Shown here piece after piece: positions 35,801 to 46,974 of a stretch of 64,000 nt of DNA. Every line of letters begins with the position of its first letter. Positions within the stretch are counted from its first letter, which is position 1. Position numbers and translations under genes: made by a program. Below the pieces are notes generated by a model. It was not told the DNA's origin and did not search any database. It saw only the letters and a list, made by a program, of their open reading frames with translations. Source of the DNA: Azolla caroliniana (lineage: Eukaryota; Plantae; Polypodiophyta). The stretch is taken from the NCBI GenBank assembly GCA_043228905.1, contig JBHGNT010000015.1, forward strand, positions 10,354,001-10,418,000, written 5' to 3'.

Positions 35801-37927
35801 CGATATTTTTTTGCCCACAGTTCGAAGCTACTTCCTCTTTTCGACCCAAAAGGGTTAGAGCTAAACAATAGTTTGTCAGATCCCAGTGCAAATTTTGGTC
35901 ATCCTCTGGTTGGAAAGAACCTTGAGTCTTTCTTATTATGTGGATATGATCGATCAAGTTTGTGCCATATTCTCACTGCTGCCAATGTAAATGGTATGCT
36001 TCCAGTGATTGTGGTATTTTTCAATGTAGAAGGCTGCAGCAATGCTCTGCATGATACAATTGCAGCTGTGGGAAAAGGTCTCCTCTCTCAAGCAGAGATT
36101 CATAAGATGGAGATGTTTTTGGCTGAACTCCACCAAAGTCATTCTGATATTGTAAACCACCTAGATGCGGTAGACCTTGAAGGTCTACACAAGGGTATTG
36201 CAACATACCATGAAGGGCAGCTTCCTGTTTGGCAAGAATTTATTTTGAAATTAGAGCGAGAGGACCTTTTGAAAGTTATCATTGTAACAGAACGCTGTTT
36301 GCTTCACACAGAGATGTTCGCACACTCTATCATTATACCCACCATAAATAGGGTGATAAAGAATGGAGTCTCATCTATTCCTTGTGGTAGATTTATGGAA
36401 TTGGTAGGGCGTGCTGGCCGGAGAGGTTATGACATTGAAGGAAATGTTGTCTTTTTGAAAAACCTCTATAGTGGACCACATGAAATGGCAGATCTTGTGC
36501 TTAATAATAACTTCAGGATTGATTCACAATTCAAGCCATCATACTCCTTGGTGGTCAATTTGATGGCAAAACACAATATTTCTGAAGTGAAGAGAATTTT
36601 AAGACATACTTTTGCTGATTTTCAATTTTATACCAAACACCTCAGGGCAAGGAAGCTTGAGGATCTTGACAAGAAGATTCTTGATTGTTTGGAAGCCAAG
36701 GCAGCAGCGGAAGCAAAGTTGCATCAGGGTTTAACAGAAGTAAATCGAAAGAAGTTGTTGGATGCAGTTATGTTCACGAGGCTAGACATTAGGATGACCA
36801 TCCATTCGTCTTCTGAAAATGGCAATTCCTTGCCCGGCATTCTTCTTGCTGTAGTTCCAGGTCAGTCAGAGACCTTTTATATGGTCTTCGGAGCCGACAA
36901 TAATTTTCGCTTGCTGCCAGCTGGTGCCTTCGACCATGTGTATGCCAAGGAAGATCCTCCCCTTGATTCAGTTTACAAGCAATCAACTGGAGAGACACTC
37001 CAGCCACCTCTTATTCCGAGTAAAGAAAAGTGGATAGTGGAGGAGAATGGTTCATACGGTTATGTTGCGAGTGGAACTTCTCAGACCAAAGAATTTGTAC
37101 GACTTTTGATGGAATATCCGGTTCAACCCATGCTTGCAAAGGAAGGCCTTGAACTTCGGAAGGAGATTCTTGGATCGGAAGCCCAAATCTCAGATTTGAT
37201 TGAAAGAAGGAAGAAACTCCAACTCGAGAATTCTGATATTGTTAAGAAACTAGATTTGATGGGCCTAACTGACCCTGATGGGGACGATAGTAACAGCTGG
37301 AAAGAAGCTCTTCGAATTCTTAAGATCTTGGAAAAAGTCGATGCTTTCTCTATCATTGAGACACAAGCGGCTTACATAAAGTTAAAACCCTTGGGTATGC
37401 TCATATCAAGGCTTCATAATGCGGAGAATGAGCTATGGCTGGCGGCAGTGGTAACATCGAATTATGTGAGACAGTTGTCACCAGCCGAATTCATCGGTAT
37501 ACTAGCAATGATGGTTTCATTAGAGCCCGAAGTAGAGAACTTGTTTAGCGACCAAAGGGAGCTTTTATATAGAGTTCCTAAGCCTTTAAAAGATGCTTTT
37601 GTAAACCTCAGAGCCTTAAGGAAACAGATTGCAGCTTTACAGGGATCCTGTAATCCACCCTTGCATTTTGATACAGCATTGGCTGGGATGGTGTATGCGT
37701 GGGCTAGAGGGAAGCCAGGAACTAATGGATTTTCTCTGGTGAGGACAAATGTTGATGGTGCTGTAGCATGGAAATTGAGGGTTATCGCCAGATTCACGAA
37801 CCAAATCTATGAAGCTTGCACGCAAGTTTCTGTGGATATATCTGAACCTAGTGACTTCAATAATCTTTCTTCTCTTGCAAGAAGAGCTGAAGATCTGCTT
37901 TCAAGGCATCTTATTGATATAGATTAA
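32864..37927 (+). CDS. Apparently intronless 1687-aa FYR-domain / ISE2-HelY-like (Ski2-family) putative pseudo-helicase, probably organelle-targeted
   Basis: Single open frame. S/R/L-rich N-terminus; FYR-N/C-like segment (SLIIDSWGAI...HPYPVGFVS...GPMFVI...DSPQKVWNEV...GGRHFGFQSQEVVRTLQRM, ~33101-33448); acidic tract; FKLDSWQKQ Q-motif; APAGAGKS; DKFH; WEEVL; GRAGRRGYD; SQFKPSYSLVVNL; DSHCT-like ENELWLA...AGMVYAWARG...DG. First in-frame ATG at 32864. Confidence 0.9.
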   Translation: MVTMLQTPHHVTCFSQHKNTLFSPSPFFLPCRLLGRLVLRLRARNLESGTSISSTASPTLQRKHRVIVSRSGDDTQAITALPFPVNSSLIIDSWGAIYSGPNGISKYWNSTKTHPYPVGFVSVKVYKGHKFKQTIKEGPEHGPMFVIEDENGRVFVADSPQKVWNEVTAEDGVQVHGGRHFGFQSQEVVRTLQRMAHNSEVPALGLGSSVFSMNLDKVKNQEQSFKNATSSNAMNQIISAAEWEKSQFHNTNLLVEYRDHNDGEEYDETICDKDALECITGNESQDAYQEDHKDDIDTDLADSDCEDDVDDDFVSRLVMSDDEIDVHDDDNDIMNLVEEEEDHEEHDSKDVINLNSEEEGEPQDRHEDLDFSPFELYSGPSRTSIEEDDTTLNKTSSLLPNTHKRSFKAGTRKFTFKITPSTPNNEPEKDDPRFHTHNYTDRNVMNNSSMITLKPKLTSGVEKQVWRKGEGLTNRGVGNAKQHGSEAFLGDQRNSNEGRNSSASNYFNGNKTWEASVSRRKEEYSKSSHMLLDLLQKWNTINKGSQEPGSRSTGLVQRDSFRSSDDVNKEHKRSSLNNFSYQEPSIENSSLSKSSLHEQVAINGSSEHGDSLLNELKNSGNIDESTSVAISKLFETVGKKDNAQKSPQNLGKPVMQDSNPSSLECNNPEKIVQEQSTGAHALNSHTEVIDAFHDLQNLVQDERRTSNFQQKRGLSEATERKADPKPARFPGRIVDEEKHETQERGVDEIKKLTELRNLVTNKRFLDALQALRSMKSSGISIDEDVYEIMMGFKLDSWQKQVFKQVQKGNSVLISAPAGAGKSAVVDCCIYRNVIEQQRLLFVTPSESLADQKLQKYGNLFGQNNVGGIWTKMRVQKGPQLVVITLETLAKILQELNGPGGSEFRFFFEGINTVIFDKFHTFSEVNCGCLWEEVLMLLDSRIKIIAISLPVANEDQIASWIDMNHGPCKLVSCSSEAITKRYFFAHSSKLLPLFDPKGLELNNSLSDPSANFGHPLVGKNLESFLLCGYDRSSLCHILTAANVNGMLPVIVVFFNVEGCSNALHDTIAAVGKGLLSQAEIHKMEMFLAELHQSHSDIVNHLDAVDLEGLHKGIATYHEGQLPVWQEFILKLEREDLLKVIIVTERCLLHTEMFAHSIIIPTINRVIKNGVSSIPCGRFMELVGRAGRRGYDIEGNVVFLKNLYSGPHEMADLVLNNNFRIDSQFKPSYSLVVNLMAKHNISEVKRILRHTFADFQFYTKHLRARKLEDLDKKILDCLEAKAAAEAKLHQGLTEVNRKKLLDAVMFTRLDIRMTIHSSSENGNSLPGILLAVVPGQSETFYMVFGADNNFRLLPAGAFDHVYAKEDPPLDSVYKQSTGETLQPPLIPSKEKWIVEENGSYGYVASGTSQTKEFVRLLMEYPVQPMLAKEGLELRKEILGSEAQISDLIERRKKLQLENSDIVKKLDLMGLTDPDGDDSNSWKEALRILKILEKVDAFSIIETQAAYIKLKPLGMLISRLHNAENELWLAAVVTSNYVRQLSPAEFIGILAMMVSLEPEVENLFSDQRELLYRVPKPLKDAFVNLRALRKQIAALQGSCNPPLHFDTALAGMVYAWARGKPGTNGFSLVRTNVDGAVAWKLRVIARFTNQIYEACTQVSVDISEPSDFNNLSSLARRAEDLLSRHLIDID

Positions 37928-39818
37928 AGTACTTCTGTTCTTTGATAATGATGGCACTTTTTGCTAATGAGAGGCTTTGTTTTGGTTCATCCAAAGACGT
38001 TTTGTCTAGTTATATATTTAAATCATTGAGGCTAAATTAAAACAATATATTAGGTGTGAAAATTGAGGACGATTTCATCCACAGCAATATCTTCACCTTT
38101 TGATGGGACCGACGAAGCCTTCATGATGTTAAAAACTCCCTGAGTTTTTATTTCGGCAACGAGTGAGAACGCTCAATGATGCACTTTAGTTTTGCATCTT
38201 CAAACTTACGAACCTCAAAGCACAAGTTAATATTTGAGATGAATCTTTGTCCCAATAAATCTCCATAATAATGTTCATGCACACAAGAATTCTTACATTT
38301 TGGTCTTTGTGGCTTTTTGTCTATGGAACATGGCTCCATACTAGTTGGAAGTCTTTAAACTTGTATGAAAAAGTTGTTAAGGCTTAATAGTTTGAAACTA
38401 GTTGTGGATTACTAAAAAGTATCACCCTTATTAGTACGAAATTTCAACGTGCTTACTTGGAGTTCTGTATGATTGTGTTGGTGATGAATTAGAAACTGAA
38501 TGGTGATGCTCAATGTACAGCTGTTTTAGTTACTACCTTCTCACTCTTTGTGCCTATTGATCTTTATAACTTTCAGTTTGTAAATTGTTAAAATAACAAT
38601 TCCATGACACCAAGGAATCAACTCGAAAACAAAATTAATGTGTCACAATATTATGGAAATAAACAGCAAGGAATCAATTCTAAAGAATTGGTTCTGCATC
38701 TTCTCCCAACACGGTCATATCCTATCAAGAACATTATCTGTCGACGAGCAGCAATCTTATTGCAAAACGTTTTTTGTCATGTAGAGGATCACTGGATGAT
38801 TTTCATTGGAATGTATGGTATGAATGTATTGTTATCATTGACAATGAGGACAAGGGTCAAAACACTTGCATTGATAATAAGAGAACATAATGCCGACAAA
38901 ATAAGGGGACTAGGATTTAATGTGGAGAGCCCAAAGCTAGAATGTCGTCCTTGGAGGACCCCCAAGAGCCAAAAGCACACTTCTTTCTACTATCTATAAC
39001 TCGCTCCAACTGTCAAATTCCTTTTTCTTCCTTGCACCTTCAAATGGCACGAGGCTCACTGGTGGAAGTGACCTTTTCTTTTTTTATTCCGTTCATTATT
39101 GTGACTTTGTAACTTCCCTTTATAAAACGACATGGCATAAAAGTTTGTCTCTTCTTTTGCCACACCACCACCCAATATTTCAGCAGCCATACACGAAAGA
39201 AGTGTACATCTGTGGGTACAAGAATTTATAGTACATTCATTATTTGAGAGTGATTGTAGTATATGACGTAGGTCAAGGCAGATAGCTATAGCTTGTGATT
39301 GAAGGTAGTTGAATGTAATTAGAACAATGTTTGAGCATTGATACTGGGCATTCGCATCCCCAAGTAGCGTATAAATCATATAGACATAGCACTCAACCAT
39401 CCAACATGTTGTTCTAGTTACCCATAAAGTAGATTCCAATGCGAGGCTCAATATGATCACATAAAATATGTAGTATCTGACGTGTTTAAATATTATGCAT
39501 CAATACGTGTATAGTTATAATGGTTGATATATGTACACATGATCGAAATCAAATTTAAGTCAATTCATAGATTCAAACGCTGCAATAGTGTTGGACCACA
39601 TGTATAGGAATTCTTATTGTCAATATTCTTGATGATATCCTTGTCACGAAAGCAGTTTGTAGATAGTTTTCGCAAGATTTTCTGGCCATATGAAGAAGCG
39701 TACTTAAGTTAGGATCAACCAAGTTTATTTATTTATTCAATGAAGCACAGATATGCCCATCGTTATGAAGTGTCCCTTTGGGTCTCTCTCTCTCTCTCTC
39801 TCTCTACATATATATTAT

Positions 39819-40376
39819 TTAGAGGAAGTAGAGGGAGTGATGGTAGAGGTTGGGGTTGATCCTGGAGATGATGACGTAGCCATGTGCACCTCGAAAGGAG
39901 CCGCTCCCGCCGACGATAGAGATCTCGTTGGTGGAAGTATTGATGAGGCCTTGAAAGCTGAGGGTGCCATTGATGCCGGCGCCATCGTCATACGACACCA
40001 CCTCCACTTCCAGCTCGTGACTCGTGGCGGTGTAGCTCGTCTGTACGGTGTAGCCGCTCACGTGGCCCAGGGACTTGGAGGAATTGGAGGCAGCCTCCGT
40101 TATGTTGAAGTCGAAGATCGCCACGGCTCCGAAGTTGTAGGTGGTGTTGGTGTTGAAGGGTGGTGCCAACTGACCGGTGTACGGTGGTCCTGCCACCACT
40201 TGAACGTAATATTCGAGCGATGATGATGATGCATTGCTAGCTCCAGAGGAGCTCACCGCATCCCCAAGTACTGGCTGTGACATAGCTAGAACGATGGCCA
40301 ACACTGGCGCCGCGGCACATAACACCAACACCTCAACTGTGAACCCAAAGGACATGTCTACATGCCGGCGGCCCAT
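39819..40376 (-). CDS. DIR: Dirigent-family secreted protein, 185 aa, intronless
   Basis: Hydrophobic signal peptide; dirigent motifs FGAVAIFDFNITE, SKSLGHVSG, GTLSFQG, EISIVGGSGSFRGAHGY; six N-X-S/T sequons. Confidence 0.88.
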   Translation of the reverse strand: MGRRHVDMSFGFTVEVLVLCAAAPVLAIVLAMSQPVLGDAVSSSGASNASSSSLEYYVQVVAGPPYTGQLAPPFNTNTTYNFGAVAIFDFNITEAASNSSKSLGHVSGYTVQTSYTATSHELEVEVVSYDDGAGINGTLSFQGLINTSTNEISIVGGSGSFRGAHGYVIISRINPNLYHHSLYFL

Positions 40377-41787
40377 ACTTTCAAAACTTCAAATCTATAT
40401 GTGCTTAAGTTATATGTACCAACCAGCTTACTGCTCTACGGTGGGGGTTAGGGGGGGAGTACGAAATGATGATGGTATGGAAGTGGTAGTGCTTGTGTGT
40501 GTGTGTGTGTGTGTGGCATCATGGTCCTGTTTTTATAGCACTGGGATGCATGCTTTGTCTGTTTTGTTTAATTCATTGAGCTCACGTATTTCCGCGGGAT
40601 GTTAATTGTGGAGGATTTTTAGGAATGGACGTTCAAAGGGAATGAATGAGTGAGGTGAGAATGATCATGAAGCTTCTAGAATGCGTTGGTTGATCAAAGC
40701 TCCTTCACGCAAATCTAATCTACGTAATGTGTGCTGCCCCCATCAATACACACATCATCTATATCAATTCAACGTATGCTCTATGAATGGTTTGTGCAAA
40801 GTCAAAGCATAATAAAATTGTCACTAGCACAAATATAACTGTGGCGTCTATATTATAAAACCGTCTTTTATGTCCATTGTCTATATTATAAAACCGTCTT
40901 TTACGTCCATTGATTCCTTTGTTCGTCACATTAAATGCCTCCAATTCCAAATGCCCGCCACATCTTATTGCAACTAATCCAAGTGATTCTTCAAAAATAT
41001 AATAGTATCCTATGCAGTATTTGATTAATTATGATCAATTTTATGTCCCACCCCAAGACATTGGCCGGGATAAATCTTCCTCAAATGTTATAAGCACCAA
41101 GATCTCTCCCAATAAATTTTAGCATTATAGTCAAGATATTGAAGTTACGAAAACTGACTTTCCTATGCCAACTTATATGCATTGTAAATAATCATATTGT
41201 TGATCCAACCAAGTTATCTCGTTTCCAACTATCTATTGCTATACGTGTGTGTATCACGTGATATACTTGCAGGAATGAGGAATATTATTCAAAGCCACCA
41301 TTGTGACATTGTGTCAATATCCTCTTTTAATTTGTCATCGGTGGTTATTTCTATGATATATACACACACATCTATGTATTCTCCCTTTGCATGCTTGTTG
41401 TAACTAATATCATGGCATTGTCATAGTTCTGCATTACTACTTATTTCTATGCAACATTGGCGTGCACTCACTAATACATATTATCATAATGTTCCCACAT
41501 TCAAATATTTTGGGGTTGTCTTGATTTGTGAGTGCAATACTCACATAGATTCACTTGTATATGCAATGCGTGTGTAGATCTATAATTGAAGAAACAAGTA
41601 AATAAAAGATTCATTCACGTGACACATAGAGAGACAGAGTTCACCTTTCAAGTCTCATATCTCCCTCACTAGAGTCGGAATCGGACAAGGTTTGAGTTGT
41701 TTTGGGGGTTTTGGAACCTTCCAGATGGATTGAGCATGTCAGATTCACTCAAATCTAAGCAGAGTACAGACTTCAAGACCTATCTAT

Positions 41788-44700
41788 TGTTGGAACATTT
41801 TTAATGTAAGCAATATAAATATATTAGGAAATTAGAAAATACTTACCATGAATAAAGAACCATGAAGGTTCACATGTAACTGTCTTCAAGAACCGTGAAG
41901 GTTCATATGTAACTGTTTTCCCCACATTGTACCTATATATATTTACCATCAATAAGAATGATTCTGTAGGGCGTTTTTATACATAGAAGCATTCTTCTCT
42001 GAGAAAATTACATGGTATCAGAGCGAAAACAATCCTAGATATTCATTTTCTCTCTAAGCATTCTCTACAGGTCGATCCGGAAGGTCTGCAGAAATGGCTT
42101 CGAGTGAAGGAACATCAACGGCCTCAACAGCAACATCAACAACACCTACCACAAGAAAGTATTTAATCGAAAAATTAAACGAAAACAACTACAGGATGTG
42201 GAAATTAAAGATGGAACTCATCCTACAACGAATGGATCTACTTAAAATAATCAAAGGTGAGATCAAACAACCAACCACAGAACCTGAAACAACAGAATGG
42301 AAGATGAAAGATCTGGATGCAAGGACTGAAATCATCATGCATCTAACAAATAGACAAGTGGATCTTGTCAAACACCTTGAGTCATCTAAAGAAATGTGGG
42401 ATCTTCTTAAAGAACACCACGAACCATAAGATTGAACGACAAAAGTCCTTTCATTTCGTTACCTTGTAACTTTGGAAATGAAAGAGGATGACTCACTTGA
42501 CACCTTCATCAGCAAATATCAATCTGCATATGATACAACAATTTCAGCGGGCAACAAGATTGATGAAGAAATGAAGGTAGACATCATGTTTGGAGCCCTA
42601 CCAACTTCATGGGGCCCATTTATAGTGATCCATGGGGCTGATCCAACACTTTCGCTACAAAATCTGATCTCAAAGATGAAGCAGGAAGATCTTCGAAGGA
42701 GAAAGCCTCAAAATGTCTCAGACAATCCAAACATGGCAATGATTGCTACGATGAAGAATCAGAGAGGTAACTTTAATAGAAACAAATTTCAAAACAATAA
42801 TAAGTACACAAAGAACATACCAAGTGTACATGATGGAAACAAGTTCCACAATCAAAAATCGTTCCAGAATAAAAAATCAGGTGCCCTTAGTATTTCCTCT
42901 CAAATTATTTGTCGATATTGTGGTAAGGTGGGTCACATGGAAAGAGACTGCAGAAAGAAGCAATATGATCACAGGAATAAGAATAAAAGAAACTCAGCAC
43001 ATGTTCACACAGCCTCAGTACAAAACCAACAAGAAGATAATGACCCTTTTATCCAAGCATTTGTGGCAATAAATCAGAACTTCAATGTGGAAAATTTATG
43101 GTTGTTTGATACAGGTGCAACCCATAATCTTACCCATAGTAGAAACCTTCTTCATGATTACATCCAACTTGCTACACCTCTGGAAGTTCGATTTGGTGAC
43201 AATGCAATCAAGTTGGCTTTAGGAAAGGGAACAGTTCATCTGTCAATTGACAATGAGCAAATAATTAGTATATCCAATGTATAGTATGTTCCTGGCCTAG
43301 CGAAGAACTTGTTGTTTGTAAGTGAAGCCACAACAAATGGTGCAATAATTGAATTTCATCACAACTGTGCAATTATCAAATATACTTTACCATCAGGAAA
43401 AGTCGTAAAGATAGTGTCTCCCAAACATGGAAGACTTTACCCCCTTCAAGCTATGGACAAAACACCAATCGAAGCACACAGTGCCTCAAGAAACTCTCAA
43501 GTTGATCATACTTTATTATGGCATTATCGGCTCGGACATCTACATCCAAGAGTCATGAAGACATGCCAAATTCATAAACTTGGAGAGGGTATGCCAACAC
43601 AACCATTTACATACCTTTCACTTTGTGAAGGATGTATTTATGGGAAACAAACGAGACAAAAGTTTCCCCTCACCAAACGCAGATATGAAAGAAAGTTGCA
43701 GTTAGTACATTCGGACTTGTGTGGTCCATTCCAAAAGAAATCAATTTCTGGTAATCACTATTTCATTTCATTCATCAATGACTTTAGTAGATTTACCATG
43801 CTTTATTATTTAAAGAAAAAGTCTGAAGCCTTCCAAGCCTTTACCTATTATAAATCCATGGTTGAAAATCAATGTCAAAGTAAAATCAACAGCGTTAGGT
43901 CAGATAATGGTGGAGAATATGTCTCAAATGAATGGCAGAATTTCTGCAATGTACATGGCATTAGACATGAGCTCAATGTACCACACAACCCACAACAGAA
44001 CGGAGTGGCAGAAAGAAAGAATAGAACACTATTAGATGCAAGTAGAAGCATGTTGCAAGTGGCAGGACTTGAACACCGGTTTTGGCAAGAGGCAGTAGCG
44101 ACATCATGCTATTTACAAAATAGATCTCCACACAAAGTGCTAGGTCTGCACACGCCATACATGGTTTGGTTTGGACATAAACCAGATTTTTCAAATTTAA
44201 GAGTGTTCGGTTCGATTGCATATAGTCACATACCACAAGAGAAAAGGAAGAAGTTGGATCCACATGCGAAGAAATGTATCATGGTTGGATATGGTGAGGC
44301 TGCAGGTGTGAAAGGATACAAACTATTTGATCCTAGCAATCAAAAGTTTATTTTTAGTAGGTCTGTGACATTTGATGAAGATGCTCTATTCTACAACAGT
44401 GAACAGTCACATGAAAAAATGGAAATGCAAGACATGCAGAATCAATTGCATAATGGAAATGATTTGAGAAAAGAAAGAAGGCATATTGAAGAACCGCTGA
44501 GAATGGAGGAGAACACAAACCTTGAAATGACATTAGTAGAGTGGCAACAACCAGCAGTTTCAACAGCAACAACGATAGTTCCAGTGGCAACAACAAAAAT
44601 TCCTACGATAACATCAACAGTTCCAAAGGTGCTTCCAATAGGACAAACAACAACAACAATAGGTCCTGTATTTGCCACTACAACTCCAACGATGGATCGT

Positions 44701-46974
44701 GCTTCTGCATCGACACCCTTCTTAGCTGTAAACAATAAGGACACAATAATCAGAAATGATAGTGAACCAATACACTCAACTTATGAAACAGTTGATTCTA
44801 CAACAAATCTTGAAGACTCAGGAAAATCTTGGCATTCTCCCTCTGATTCAAGTTTAGGGTTCCATTTTAAAACAGATTTTACATCCCCTAAAGATATTTC
44901 CTCAGTTTCCTCCCATCTGGAGCCAAATCTTGATCTAGATTCGCTTGATGATGAAGATGCTTACCCTCATCTTCCCACAAGGAGATCTAAGTTTAGAAGC
45001 TTGAAAGAAATTATGGAGATCACTGAACCATTAGAAGCACTAATGGCTGATCTTTCTCCTGAAGTGGATTTTGCACAAGATGATTTCGAAATTCTTGATG
45101 ATGATGATTTTTCCCCTAGTGCAGAAGAAGCCATTCATGGACCGGATAGTGTCAAGTGGAAAGAAGCGATGCAACTTGAGATTGATGCTTTACTAAAGAA
45201 TGACACTTGGGAACTTGTTACACCTCCAGAAAACCGAAATATCATCTCAAACAAATGGGTTTTGACCAAGAAGTTTGATTCACAAGGAGCTCTACTTTGA
45301 CACAAGGCACGACTTGTTGCTCGAGGTTTTTCACAAGTTCCAGGCCTTCACTTTACAGACACTTTTGCCCCAACTCTTAAAGCAGTTCCGCTAAGGTTTA
45401 TGTTTGCTATAAGTGCTGGTTTAAACCTAGAACTACACCATCTTGATGTAGAAACGGCCTTCCTTCATGGTGACTTGGATGAGGAAATTTATATGGAGCA
45501 ACCTCCATTCTTTGTAGATTCAAAGAATCCTCATCATGTGTGCAAACTCAAGAAATCCTTATACGGTCTCAAACAATCACCTAGAATGTGGCATTTGAAA
45601 CTACATACTTATCTTGAATCTATTGGATTCAAACGTCTTCAGGCAGAACCAAATTTATACATCCGAAAGGAAGGTAAAATTTTTATACTTCTTGGTGTAT
45701 ATGTTGATGACCTCCCTATTGCCTCAAATTCAATTACTGTTATGAGGAAGACCATCTCCCAACTAAAAATGAAGTTTCCAGTCAAAGACTTAGGACCAAT
45801 GGAGTTTTGCCTTGGTATCAAAGTAACTTGAAATCGAATGGAAGGTACTCTCACTCTTTCACAAAAGAAGTTGGTGGAAGATATATTAAAGAAATTTGAC
45901 ATGGCTGATTGCAAACCTATTCGAACACCAATGACAGTACCATGCAAACTATCTTCTAATGATAGTCCACAAACTATAATGGACGAGAAAATCATGGCAT
46001 CGCTTCCATATCGCCAAATTTTAGGAAGTGTCACATATTTGGTAAGTTGTACACGACCAGATTTATCTTTTTGTGCTGGTTTTCTATCTAGGTTTATGCA
46101 AAATCCTGGAATAGCACATTGACAAGCTCTAAAGCGGGTTCTCCGCTACCTACAACATACCAAAGACATGGTACTTACCTACCGCAGCTTCCAATTCCAG
46201 AATTCGTACAAACTCAACGGATGGCTTCATGCTCCCCTACAAGGTTGGACGGATTCTGATTGGGGAGGGGATATTGACACCTCTCGATCAACCTCTGGCA
46301 TGCTCTTCACATTTGCTGGAGGTGCTATAGCATGGCGAAGTAAAAGACAAACTTCGGTGGCGCTGTCGAGTACTGAAGCAAAGTATGTAGCAGCAGCTGT
46401 CATAGCCAAAGAAGGAATCTGGATTAAGACAATTATTGAAGAGCTTGACATTTTCAAACTCTCAGAAATGAAGATCTATTGCGACAATCAGTCGTGTATA
46501 AAGTTAGCTGAAAACCCAAAGATCACAGATCAAAACAAACACATTAGAGCTCGACATCACTTTATAAGAGAATTGGTAGCAGCAAAAGAAATGATTTTAC
46601 AGTATACTTCAACAACCACCATGTGGGCTGATTTCTTAACGAAACCTGTCTCAAGCCAAAAGCATTGGTTATGTTGTTCTAAAATTGGCCTTAGTTTACT
46701 AAACCCTAAGAAGAAATAAATTGCTTACCTTAAGGGGGGGGGGGGGGGGTGTTGGAACATTTTTAATGTAAGCAATATAAATATATTAGGAAATTAGAAA
46801 ATACTTACCATGAATAAAGAACCATGAAGGTTCACATGTAACTGTCTTCAAGAACCGTGAAGGTTCATATGTAACTGTTTTCCCCACATTGTACCTATAT
46901 ATATTTACCATAAATAAGAATGATTCTGTAGGGCGTTTTTATACATAGAAGCATTCTTCTCTGAGAAACTTACA
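41788..46974 (+). mobile_element. Full-length Ty1/copia element with short LTRs
   Basis: 225-bp LTRs 41788-42012 and 46750-46974; TSD TCTAT; Met PBS 42013-42024; G16 PPT 46734-46749. Confidence 0.97.
42094..46719 (+). pseudogene. Copia gag-pol in one frame with six premature stops
   Basis: CRYCGKVGHMERDC, WLFDTGAT, WHYRLGH, HSDLCGP, RSDNGGEY, LDVETAFLHG, YVDDL, WTDSDW, CDNQS; stops at 42427, 42433, 43282, 45298, 45829 and 46120. Confidence 0.93.

Noticed and set aside
38600-39460. Short ORFs between the helicase and dirigent genes
   Set aside because: No recognisable motifs or consistent splice structure.
40847-40912. 33-bp tandem duplication upstream of the dirigent gene
   Set aside because: Real but only two copies, with no evidence of regulatory function.
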